From contig BCKQ01000003.1 of assembly GCA_001600695.1 (NCBI GenBank), positions 1,090,654 through 1,154,653 of the forward strand: a DNA stretch of 64,000 nt, given 5' to 3'. The DNA is from Ascoidea asiatica JCM 7603. Taxonomy: Eukaryota; Fungi; Ascomycota. Positions within the stretch are counted from its first letter, which is position 1. Each line of letters opens with the position of its first letter. The notes below the pieces were generated by a model that had not been told where the DNA came from, ran no database searches, and saw nothing but the letters and a program-made list of their open reading frames with translations. Position numbers and translations under genes: made by a program. Of this stretch, positions 45,362 through 55,764 are shown in pieces.

Positions 45362-47479
45362 ATGAATGGTAATATCCATCCTCCTCCTCCTCCTCAAGAA
45401 GGACTATTTAATTCATTAGAAGAAGCAAAATATTATTTGAGAGAGTATATGGATCAAACGAATACTAAAATTGTTATATATAGATCAAATAAAGATAGAG
45501 GAACTGTAAATTATAGATGTAATCTTGGAGGTGTTTATATAAACAAAAGATCATTAACTTCCGAGACGCGTAAAAGAAAATCAACAACTTCAAAAATTAA
45601 TTGTGGTTTTAAACTAATAATAAAATTAGATAAATATTCTCAAAAATACAAGTTAACAGTGCTTTGTCCTGATCATTCTCATCCAGTTTTTCCTCCAGAG
45701 ATATCTTCCTCAAATTCTAATTCACTTGTATGTGTTAAATATAGGAGATCAACAGAGGTCGTTGAATTTATTCACAATCTTGTTAAAGTTAAAAAGAATA
45801 CCGATTTTAAGCAAATAAAATCATCTTTGTATCAACAATTTCCAAAAATTTCGATCACTGATAATGATTTAAGAACTGAATTAAATGCACTTGAAGTTTT
45901 TAATGATAATAAAAAGGATGATTCTTTAACTTATTCCAATCAACAACAACAACTTGTAAAGCAAAATTTTTATAATAATCAAAATAATTCTAATATTTCT
46001 TCTGAAAATATTCAACTGTTTCAAACAAATAAATTTTCCTTAAATAATCAAAATTTATCTTTCAATAATAATTTAAATCTAGAAAACGTCTCAAATCAGT
46101 ATGATTCTTTTAATCTTTTACCAGAAAATGTTAATAATGATAATAGAAACACTGAACTTATTCAAGTTAATCAAAATTCTGCACCATTTTTTTCTTCCGA
46201 TTCTTCAACTGATCAATTTGCTGCAATTTCAAGAAAATTAACAAATGAGGTTGACAAATTTGTTTTCAGATTACTTCAAAATACAAAAATTAGAGATATT
46301 TCTACCATTAGATTTCTTTTAAGTGAAAAATTTCCAAATGTAATTATAACTGATCAAGAAATCTTAGAGGAAGTTGAAGCTTGTTCAAAATTAACTCAAT
46401 TTTTAGAAATATCAAAACAAAAGTCATCTCAATCAGAAAAACAACTAAATCCAAATCAACAAATTTCATTAATAGATAATAATCAACAACTTGGAAATCA
46501 ATTACAATCCCAAAGTTCTCAAGAACCATTATTTAACTCAAATTCTGTTTCATTAAGAAATCCTTCTTCAGAACAAAATTTAAATAATTTACTTACACAA
46601 TCAAATAAATTCAATGGAAATAATTCAATTATTTCTTTCAATCAAGGCTCAATGTTACAAGACATGAATTCACCTATAATACCACAATTGAAGATTGATA
46701 ATGTTCCAGACAAATATTATCAACCTGAACCTCCAAAAGAACAAGATTTTGATACCATGGAAGCAGCGAAATCATATTTAAATAATTATATGTTAGTTAG
46801 CAAAGTTGGTCTTGTTATATATAAATCTGGAAAGGATAGAGGATATGCACTTTATCGATGTGAAAGAGGTGGAACTCCTGAAAAATCAGTATCTAAAAAG
46901 ACAAGAGAACGTATGAAACTTTTAACCTCTTCGGCTGCAGAAGATACTTTACTGAGCCAAAAAAGAAGAAGACTTTCCAAGAAATTGGGCTGTAACTTTA
47001 GAGTTCATGTTAAATTTCAAAAAAGAACTCAAAAATATCGCTTATATGTTCCATGTGCAGAACATTCTCATTCAACATTTGTAACTGATATCAAAAATCA
47101 TCCAGTTTTAAGAAAAAGAACTCCAGAAGTTTATAGTTATATGAAATACTTATATTTTGATGAAAATGTTAAGAAACCTCAATTTATAAGGAGAAAATTA
47201 TTAGAAAAATTTCCATCATTAAATATAATTGATAAAGATATATACAATGACTTACGGAAAATAAAATCTGAACAAAAATTAATTGGACCGAATCCCTTGG
47301 ATTTACCAAATTCCAATAATATTGGGCAAAACATAGATGATAGCTTGGCTAATCTACAAACTTTTGAATTACATTTAGGCCAATTACAGCAGACTAGCCA
47401 GGGTAGTATGAGTGGAATTGGTTTAGATGGCAATAATTCTGCTCAGCTTATATCTCAATTCAATCAAGTTATGCCTTGA
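45362..47479 (+). CDS. MULE-transposase-derived DNA-binding protein with two FAR1/WRKY-GCM1 zinc domains and three helical repeats, no DDE domain
   Basis: First ATG at 45362 (track starts at an upstream TTG). Two copies of F-x-S/T-x-E-x-AK...IY-R/K-S...YRC-x-x-GG...S-x-K-x-x-C-x-F...H-S-H. Confidence 0.8.
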   Translation: MNGNIHPPPPPQEGLFNSLEEAKYYLREYMDQTNTKIVIYRSNKDRGTVNYRCNLGGVYINKRSLTSETRKRKSTTSKINCGFKLIIKLDKYSQKYKLTVLCPDHSHPVFPPEISSSNSNSLVCVKYRRSTEVVEFIHNLVKVKKNTDFKQIKSSLYQQFPKISITDNDLRTELNALEVFNDNKKDDSLTYSNQQQQLVKQNFYNNQNNSNISSENIQLFQTNKFSLNNQNLSFNNNLNLENVSNQYDSFNLLPENVNNDNRNTELIQVNQNSAPFFSSDSSTDQFAAISRKLTNEVDKFVFRLLQNTKIRDISTIRFLLSEKFPNVIITDQEILEEVEACSKLTQFLEISKQKSSQSEKQLNPNQQISLIDNNQQLGNQLQSQSSQEPLFNSNSVSLRNPSSEQNLNNLLTQSNKFNGNNSIISFNQGSMLQDMNSPIIPQLKIDNVPDKYYQPEPPKEQDFDTMEAAKSYLNNYMLVSKVGLVIYKSGKDRGYALYRCERGGTPEKSVSKKTRERMKLLTSSAAEDTLLSQKRRRLSKKLGCNFRVHVKFQKRTQKYRLYVPCAEHSHSTFVTDIKNHPVLRKRTPEVYSYMKYLYFDENVKKPQFIRRKLLEKFPSLNIIDKDIYNDLRKIKSEQKLIGPNPLDLPNSNNIGQNIDDSLANLQTFELHLGQLQQTSQGSMSGIGLDGNNSAQLISQFNQVMP

Positions 47480-47777
47480 GGAAATTGAAACCAAGCACTC
47501 TTATCAATTGAATTAATTTTCATTCCTCTATGCATTTTAATTTTTGTACAATAGATATATATTATACTGTATTTTTAGTAAAGTTAAACCTTCATAATTA
47601 ATGAATGCTTTCCTATGGAACGAGAATATAAATGATATTACTAGAGCGGACTTCTTCCCAGATAAAAAGTCTACAAAATGGTAATCAAAAATTGGTATAT
47701 TTTATTTTAAGGAAAGAAATCAAGGTACAACTAAATGAATATATGGATTATTTCATAAAAAAATATAACAAGCATGT

Positions 47778-50525
47778 TTAAGAAAGCTTTCTTTCATTAG
47801 TTTTCATTGCCCTCTTTCTATATTTAAGATTTTTTGCAGAATTCAATCTGTCAGAACTTTTTTCTTTTGAAATAAAGCGATCAAAGGGATTATTGACTTT
47901 CAAAATATTTAGCGGAATTAAAATAGCATTACTTTTAGGTAATTTTTTCTTCAAATCCTGCTTTGATTCACTAATTATGCTTTTTATATTAGTTAATCCT
48001 CTTTTTTGCAAGTTAATAGAGGTAATATCTTCAGAAGTCTTAACTTCAGATAGAATTCGGTAATTTTTTTTAACAACAAAATTCACATCGTCTACTTTTA
48101 GGAAGTCCAAAAAATGGCAATAGCTGCATTCGTCTTCATCTTTTTCTTCTTCACAGTCATCATCATTTTCACCGTTTTCATTTTCATGAGGGTCATGTCT
48201 GTGCCTAAATTTATGATGATGATGGTGTTTCTTGCTCTTGTTGTCTTCTTCACCTTCACAATCTTCACTATCATCATGCCATTTATCAAAAAAATGTTTA
48301 TGAATATGTTTCTTTTCATCTTCTTCACCACAATCATCTTGATGATGCTTTCTTTTTTGTCCGAAATATGGATAATGAGGTTGTTTATGTCTGTGAATAT
48401 TTTGATGTTTTTTCCATTTTGGATGAGCAAATAAAAGTGAATCTTGATCCATCCTTGAGGTTAAATTTTCATTAGATTCAAATTTATAATTTTCTTGATT
48501 TAAAATGTTATTATCATATTCTGCTTCTAAGTTGTCAGAGTTTTGATCCGCTTTAGAAGATGTTTGAGTTGGTTCTGCTGAATTAGCCTTTTCTTCAAAT
48601 AAATTGTTCAAATGATCATGATGTGAATTTGTGTACCCTTTATTTTCGTTAGAATAAAAATCTTTATAGTATAGGTTTTTTTGATGTTTTCCATGACGGT
48701 TATTATACTCTTCATTGTCTTCATAGTAGTTTTTATTATTTTTTTCATAAAAGTCATCATGACCACTTTCATTATCATAATAATTATTATTATTGTTTTT
48801 ATTATTATACTCATTATCATCATTATCGTTAGCGTTTTCATTTTCATCGTCATTTTCGTCATCATCTTCATCATCCTCATCACAATCATCATAATCCTTG
48901 TAATGATGATTAGAACAATCATCACAATCCTTTTGCTTTTTAATATGTTTTTTACATTGGTAACCTTCACAGAATTTTTTTCTCAGCTTTCTAAAAATCT
49001 CTCTTTTATTTAGATTATTTATCTGATTTTCGGAAGTGTCTTGGACTTCTTCTATTTCAGTATCTTCATTTTGATTATCATCTTGATTTTCATATTCATT
49101 ATCAAATTCTTTTTCAGTTTCACTTTCAAATTCAGTTTCATTTTCATTTTCATGTTCATGTTCATGTTCATTGTTATTATCTTTATAAGTTGAGTTAAAT
49201 TGTTTATTATCATTCATTTCTATTTTATTGGCTATAACTTCTTGAGATTGTTTTTCTTCATTTATTTGATCGAAATTTTTATTTTTGAAAAACTTTCCAG
49301 CAAATAATGCAGGATCTATTTTAGGGTGATAATTAATGGAAGTTTTTGCTGCTGCTGTTGTTGAGTTTAAATTTTCAATTAAGGAATCTGGTTTATAATT
49401 ATTTCTTTTTTGTAGATTGTTAATAGATGATCTATTAAATGAATCATATGCTGGGAATAGAGATAGATTAATATTATCATCATTAATTTTAAGACAAAAA
49501 CTTTCATCTTGGGACATTACATTAATTGTACAGAAAATACTATGAATAAGTTTTGAATAATCAAGAGTTTCAGTCCAAGAATTAGCAAAATTATTGAAAA
49601 AAGATTTCAAATCATTGTCTTTATAATTGTCATTGTCATTGTCATTGTCAATCTCTTTGAAATCCGATGGAGTTTCATAATTGTTTCTATAATTATTTTC
49701 ATAATGATTTTCATTGTCTATTATTTTTAAAGACGGATTTTTATGATCGATTGAATTAATTTCTTTGAATGTGAAAACCAAAAGTGGATTGTCATTGATT
49801 AAAGATTGTTTGAATATTGGTAACTTTTCTTTTGGAAGTTTTAACATATTTTTTGCTGATTTACAATTTTTTAAAATAAAATTTATATCTAAATTTTCAT
49901 TAGTTGATTTTAAATAAGGATCAGTTAAAACTAAATAATAATCAATTAATTGATAAGAATTTGGTAATTTAAAAGGAATTGAAGTTTCTGCAAAATTTGC
50001 ATAATCTAAATTATTTGAATTTTCTTTTGGAAAATTTAAAGGTTCAGTACTATTAAAAATAAAAAGGGTTGTAACATTATTTGGTATAATTATAGTTGAA
50101 AAAGAGTTTTGAATATTTGATAATTTAAATTTTTTACTATTTTTAATCAAATAATTTAAACCAATATCATTCATTAAATTTTCATTATTTAATAAATTTT
50201 TTGAAAGAATTAAAACTTGAGAATTTGAATGATTATTTAAATCTCTTAAATTCGTAAAATCATCACCATATAAAGATGTTAACATTATTGAATTAATTTC
50301 ATTTTTTAAAATTGGAGCAGGTTCATTATTACTATAATATTCAGGATAAGATTTTGAATGTAAAAATTGTGGAGATTGAGATTTTTGAAATTCTTTAAAT
50401 GAAATTTCATTTTCATTTTCATTATTTATATTGGAATTAATTTCAAATTCAAAAGAGTAAACTTCTTTTGCAATTGTTAATAGTAAAATAATGAAAAAAA
50501 CAATATTTAAATGAATCGATAACAT
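47778..50525 (-). CDS. Hypothetical secreted protein with Kex2-type KR sites and His/Cys/Asp-rich region
   Basis: Signal peptide MLSIHLNIVFFIILLLTIAKEVYS; LQKR, LNKR, LQKR; no obvious TM or GPI signal. Confidence 0.75.
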   Translation of the reverse strand: MLSIHLNIVFFIILLLTIAKEVYSFEFEINSNINNENENEISFKEFQKSQSPQFLHSKSYPEYYSNNEPAPILKNEINSIMLTSLYGDDFTNLRDLNNHSNSQVLILSKNLLNNENLMNDIGLNYLIKNSKKFKLSNIQNSFSTIIIPNNVTTLFIFNSTEPLNFPKENSNNLDYANFAETSIPFKLPNSYQLIDYYLVLTDPYLKSTNENLDINFILKNCKSAKNMLKLPKEKLPIFKQSLINDNPLLVFTFKEINSIDHKNPSLKIIDNENHYENNYRNNYETPSDFKEIDNDNDNDNYKDNDLKSFFNNFANSWTETLDYSKLIHSIFCTINVMSQDESFCLKINDDNINLSLFPAYDSFNRSSINNLQKRNNYKPDSLIENLNSTTAAAKTSINYHPKIDPALFAGKFFKNKNFDQINEEKQSQEVIANKIEMNDNKQFNSTYKDNNNEHEHEHENENETEFESETEKEFDNEYENQDDNQNEDTEIEEVQDTSENQINNLNKREIFRKLRKKFCEGYQCKKHIKKQKDCDDCSNHHYKDYDDCDEDDEDDDENDDENENANDNDDNEYNNKNNNNNYYDNESGHDDFYEKNNKNYYEDNEEYNNRHGKHQKNLYYKDFYSNENKGYTNSHHDHLNNLFEEKANSAEPTQTSSKADQNSDNLEAEYDNNILNQENYKFESNENLTSRMDQDSLLFAHPKWKKHQNIHRHKQPHYPYFGQKRKHHQDDCGEEDEKKHIHKHFFDKWHDDSEDCEGEEDNKSKKHHHHHKFRHRHDPHENENGENDDDCEEEKDEDECSYCHFLDFLKVDDVNFVVKKNYRILSEVKTSEDITSINLQKRGLTNIKSIISESKQDLKKKLPKSNAILIPLNILKVNNPFDRFISKEKSSDRLNSAKNLKYRKRAMKTNERKLS

Positions 50526-51273
50526 TATTTAGATTATCAATTGATATGTTTCTCATATTACTTTGCTAAAATCTTGAATGATTGATTTTTACAAAAGTAG
50601 CTATGTTATCAATAAAGATTTAATATTTAAAATATGATTCAAATTGATTTGATTTCAAATTCAATTTCAAAAAAGAAAACATATTTTATTAAGCGCCCAT
50701 AGTATTTTATTTTCAAAGTACCATATTTTAAACAATTTTTTTTTTACATCTCATTAGCCATTTCTATTTTGTCAAGCTAGAGTATTGTTAGAGTCAACAA
50801 CGTTAACTTTCTTTCTTAGCATTAAATTGATGTTGACAGAAGGAGAATGAGCAAAATGAAAATAATTCAATGCTTTTGAATTTAACTCGACACAAAAGGA
50901 TCCGCTGAGTGAATATAAAGAGTTGGTTAGAGTTTTTACATTAGAACTGAAATTGAAAGTGATTTTGTATTTGCAGACAAATAGAAATTAAATTGAAAAA
51001 TAAATAAATAAATAAAAAGAGAATATCTAAACAAATGTGTAATGGCTAGATATAAGCCAATTAACCATCAAGGACATACCTACCTACACAACAAAAAAAA
51101 TACAATTAAAAACCACCACATACATATATAAACTCCACATAATTACAACCGCTGAATCTTAAAGCATTATATGATTAAAAACAATAAAAGCATTTGAAAT
51201 ATTAAGCTTTGAAATTTGATTTATTTTACTTTATTTTTTTTAGATTCCTTTAAGAATCATCTTTTTGATAGAT

Positions 51274-52377
51274 TTACTCAGTATAAATCTTAACTTTTTT
51301 CTTACCTTCGAGCATTTCTTCATCGAATACTTCAGTAAGACCACTTTCACTGATGATGAATTTCTTTGTGAATTCAGGATCTTGGGCAATAAGAGGAGGA
51401 GGAGGAGGAATGTTTGAAGAGAAATTGTTGGTGTAATTGGGGGCAGAACGAGTGCTGATGTTACGACGAGGGAGATTTGAAGGAGGAGTGAACTGAGCAG
51501 GCTCTGGGATGATGTCCAAGCGGGAGATGTAGAAAATGGTGGCGAGAATCACAAGATCCATCAACCAGGATAAAGTGCTGACACAAACCATTCCGGTGAC
51601 AGCTTTACGGATTTGACAATAGTCGGAGGAATTGGAACAAGTTGCAGCCATTAAAATACCAACAGAAACACCAAAGGCAGCAACAGAAAGACAGAATGCA
51701 ATACCACTGTAGAAAATACAACTGGCACTTTTTTCGAAGCTGATTAATCTGAATAAGAATATTAGAGAAATGGCCATGATTATAGAGGAATGAGAAATTA
51801 AGAATGCCCATGCACTTCTATTAATATCATCATCATCTTTATCTAAGTTGATTGAACATAGAATAACAATTATTATTTGGAAAATGATTTGAAAAAATTT
51901 GATTATGGAGTTGATAGTGAATGCATCTTTGGGAATACCTAATAAGGATGTAATAATTTTTGGAGTTTTGAATAAAGGATATTGATAAGTTTCATGAAGT
52001 AGCATAATGAGAACATTATTTCTTGAATGATTTTGATCTGGTCCATTCATATTACTAAATTGATTAAAATTTGAAAATCCAATGTTTCTTTCTTCATCTA
52101 TATGTCTATCGTCTTCCATATTTTTATCATCTGAATATTCTGAAGCGTTATCGTTTTCATTATCTTCATTTTCTTCTTCTTCATTATTATTGTTACTATT
52201 AATATTATTTTCATTTGAATTTTCTTCAATGCTTCCCATAGTTGGAGGAAGTGGAATGTTATTGTCTTGAGAAACTATAGACTGAGTAGGAGGAATATTT
52301 CCAATAGTGGTATTGGTAGCACCAGATATTACTCTATTACTATTATTCTCAAAACTAAAATCTCTATCTTTATTCAT
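51274..52377 (-). CDS. Four-TM (MARVEL-like) membrane protein, paralog A
   Basis: Four hydrophobic segments, Cys pair in second loop, WAFLISHSSIIMAISLIFLFR, TIFYISRLD shared with the neighbouring gene. Confidence 0.75.
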   Translation of the reverse strand: MNKDRDFSFENNSNRVISGATNTTIGNIPPTQSIVSQDNNIPLPPTMGSIEENSNENNINSNNNNEEEENEDNENDNASEYSDDKNMEDDRHIDEERNIGFSNFNQFSNMNGPDQNHSRNNVLIMLLHETYQYPLFKTPKIITSLLGIPKDAFTINSIIKFFQIIFQIIIVILCSINLDKDDDDINRSAWAFLISHSSIIMAISLIFLFRLISFEKSASCIFYSGIAFCLSVAAFGVSVGILMAATCSNSSDYCQIRKAVTGMVCVSTLSWLMDLVILATIFYISRLDIIPEPAQFTPPSNLPRRNISTRSAPNYTNNFSSNIPPPPPLIAQDPEFTKKFIISESGLTEVFDEEMLEGKKKVKIYTE

Positions 52378-52895
52378 CTTGTCTTTTCTTTTTGTTTCTA
52401 ATATTATAAATTAATACAAATTTAATTAAGAGATAACTTTATTATATTCACTAATAAAACAATAAATACTTTATAATAAATGCTGAATTAAAGTGATTAA
52501 AATGGACAAATTAAAAAGAAAAAGGAATAGTGCTGAGCAAAGTATTATATATCCAACCAGCATTCATCTGACGATGTTATAACTTTGAAAATAATTTTAA
52601 AATTTAACTTTTACTTACAATCTTAAAAAAGAATAATATTTACCTAAAAGATATAAAATGCCTAAAGTAATTAAACTATTATTATTGTTTTCTAAAACAT
52701 TCTGGATATATGTATCAGTCGAAGTAATCTAATTACATTTTTAAAAGACTGAGATTTATTAACGTTAGTATTGTAAATATTTGAAATTATATCCAGGAAT
52801 TGAATGAAATTGAATGGATATGAATAGATCTGGTTTTCATCATATCATTTCACTTCGTATTCATAATGATATCTTTGATTATTCCAAAGTACAGT

Positions 52896-53380
52896 ATCTC
52901 GTCTAATAACTAAACACTAATAATTTCTAATAATTACCATAATTTTCAGGTTTATGCCCTTAAAATGAAAAATTAATAAAAAAAATTTAAAAATATCAAA
53001 GCTTTATTTTCTTTTATCTTATCGTTTGGTGGTGGAATTAAAAGACCCACATAGGTGGTACTCAACTAAACCATCTCGTCTAATCGCTATGCTTAAAACC
53101 TGCTTAAGGCCGCATTCCATATAAAAGTATTTTCCAAGATTTATTTTGGTTTCTGATTCTTAAGTTTACACTGACAATAAAATTAATAATACTACTACTA
53201 ATAATAACACTAAGACTAATCTCAATAAAAAATATAATAAAAAAAAATATATTGAATATGGATTAGGCAAATTACGCTACAGCATAATTATTTGTTTACT
53301 GTGAATGTTCTATATCTTTTATTTTACCTGATACTCTTCCAATGCCAACCAATGCTATGGAGTAACTTAATCTCGTTTAT
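52896..53380. promoter_or_regulatory. Repeated ATCTCGTYTA motif (Upc2/Ecm22 SRE-like) in the shared divergent promoter
   Basis: ATCTCGTCTAAT at 52896-52907 and 53073-53084, ATCTCGTTTAT at 53370-53380. Confidence 0.5.
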
Positions 53381-53661
53381 TCATATTGTTTAAAGTCATC
53401 CAGCTTATATTCTACCTTTTATAACTAGAATTGTTTCCTGTTTTTAAATTGATTTTGAATTCTGTTTTGCCTTTTCTTTTTTTTTTTCTCTCTTCTTATT
53501 TAAATAAAGTATTTGATTTTGATTTCATAATAGTTCAAAAACCAGCATTTTCTATTATCAATTTAATATAAAAAAAAGAAAGATTTTAAAAGTTGAAATA
53601 TTTTTAAAACAGGATTTTGTATATAATATAATATATTATAATAAAATAATAGAAATTGAAT

Positions 53662-55131
53662 ATGTCTAATCATAGGCGTAGTTATTCTGTGGATTTAACT
53701 TCAAATCCACCAATTCCTAATAGTAATACAAGCAATAATAATCTTAAATTTCCAACTTCTAATGCTTATTCAATACCACCAATCCCTTCTCAAATCCCAT
53801 ATCAATCCTATCAACAAGTTTCTTCAAATCCATCTCAACAAATGATGAATATTCCATCATCTTATAATAATCAATATAATAATCAATCTAATTTTCAACC
53901 TAATTTTCAATCTCAATACTCAAATCCAATTCCTCAAAATCAATCAAATCTTCCATACCCTCCTGTTCAAGGTCCATCTTATTTGAATTTCAGACCAAAT
54001 ACAAATTCTCAAATTCCTCCTCCAATATATGAAGAATCTGATTCAAATTCAACAACTCCATTACCTCCACAAAATATAAATCCAATTCCAGATATAAATC
54101 CAGTTTCTAATCCAACCCCTCATCCAATTTCAAAACCAATTTCCAGACCAATATCAAATCCAAATTTAAATCCTATTACTGATTCAAACCTTAACCCAAA
54201 TCAAATTCAATCAGAAACTATTCCAGTTAATCAATCTCAATTATCTTCAAGAATGTCTAATATGTCTGTTGGTGGGAAAAGTACTTCTGTTGATCATCAT
54301 CATCAACCTTCTATTATTAATAATGATGATGACGTAATTAAAACTTATGGAAATTTCGATGATGAAAAACTTTCAATTCCTGATGATATTGAAAGTCAAA
54401 ACTCAAGAAATCATATACGAAGTTTATTTTATTCAAGAATTATTCAAAAACCAATTGGTAAAACTCCACAATTTGCTCAAAAAACCTTAGGTTTAAGTCA
54501 AACCGCTTTTTCTTTGAATACTGTAATACATTTCTTAGAAGTTGTATTAGCATCAATTATTATTGGTTTATCTTCCAAATCTTTGAACGATGATAATGAA
54601 ATTAGTGGAAGAGTTTGGGCATATTTAATTTCTCAATCTTCAATTATTTTGGCAGTTTCACTTTTATTCTTATTTAGAATTATGGATTTTGAACATAATA
54701 ATGGAATATTTTATTGCATTATTAGTAGTTCTTTATCAATTGCTGCAATGGGTGTTTGTATTGGAATTTTAATGCCTGCAGATTGTGGTGTTAAGAATTC
54801 ATTATGTGAAATTAGAAGAGCAATAACTGCTCTTGTATGCTTAGCAACATTTACTTGGATCATAAATTTGGTTCAATTTTTAACAATTTTTTATATTTCC
54901 AGATTAGATAATTTATTACCTTCTGCATTTTCTGAAAACTTTAATCAACCTATAATTCGTCCGTCTGAGCCTATTTCAGTTAGTAAACCTTTTAATTTTG
55001 CTAATACTAGAGGATCTGATGGTGACTCTCAAAATCATGCAATTAAAGATTTTGTTTTAAGAAATGGTTCACTTTATGATGCTTCAAGTGCCAACTTGGA
55101 TAGAAAAGTTAAGATTGAACTTTATGCTTGA
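53662..55131 (+). CDS. Four-TM (MARVEL-like) membrane protein, paralog B, with Pro/Gln/Asn-rich N-terminus and PPIY motif
   Basis: First ATG at 53662 (track starts at TTG); WAYLISQSSIILAVSLLFLFR, TIFYISRLD. Confidence 0.75.
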   Translation: MSNHRRSYSVDLTSNPPIPNSNTSNNNLKFPTSNAYSIPPIPSQIPYQSYQQVSSNPSQQMMNIPSSYNNQYNNQSNFQPNFQSQYSNPIPQNQSNLPYPPVQGPSYLNFRPNTNSQIPPPIYEESDSNSTTPLPPQNINPIPDINPVSNPTPHPISKPISRPISNPNLNPITDSNLNPNQIQSETIPVNQSQLSSRMSNMSVGGKSTSVDHHHQPSIINNDDDVIKTYGNFDDEKLSIPDDIESQNSRNHIRSLFYSRIIQKPIGKTPQFAQKTLGLSQTAFSLNTVIHFLEVVLASIIIGLSSKSLNDDNEISGRVWAYLISQSSIILAVSLLFLFRIMDFEHNNGIFYCIISSSLSIAAMGVCIGILMPADCGVKNSLCEIRRAITALVCLATFTWIINLVQFLTIFYISRLDNLLPSAFSENFNQPIIRPSEPISVSKPFNFANTRGSDGDSQNHAIKDFVLRNGSLYDASSANLDRKVKIELYA

Positions 55132-55764
55132 GGTTCATTTCAAAACTAATTGAAATAAAGAAAAGTTAGTTAGGTATTAGAAAAAAAAAAAAAAACTAGA
55201 AAAGCTCGGCATCTTTATATTATCTGGTTTTGAGAAATAGACATGAAGTTTATTAGAGGTTTATTTGGTTTTTTAGGTAGGTTTATTAGATATGATTTGA
55301 TTTGTATTTATTTTAAATTAATGAATTCAGTAACGTTATTAATTTGTTTATATTATGTGTTTATAAACTATAGGAAGGAGGTGGTTTCTTATTTTTATTT
55401 CTATTTTTTATATATATTTTTTCTCTTCTTTTATGTCATAATAGTTTTCATTAAATCAAATCATTACTTATAAACTCATTCGAATATTTTTCAGTTAATT
55501 GTTGTGATTTTTATTTCATCAATCTAAAAAGTAAAATAAATTAATTTGCTTTAATTGAGTTCTACTTATTTTAGAGTAAGTAATGTTGACTTGACTAGGG
55601 TAACGGTAAACACCATTCAAAAAGTTTAGACATCTTTTTCAATTTTCAAATAGCACGGTAAAATTATGAGCTTTTAAAATCCATTAAAAATAGAATCAAT
55701 AAGCAATGCTTTGACAAAATAATTTTACTTCATGAAACAATCTTTCATCAAATAGTTCATTGGT

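Noticed and set aside
44880-47780. Intact Mutator-like transposon around the FAR1-domain gene
   Set aside because: No DDE domain, terminal inverted repeats or target-site duplication visible.
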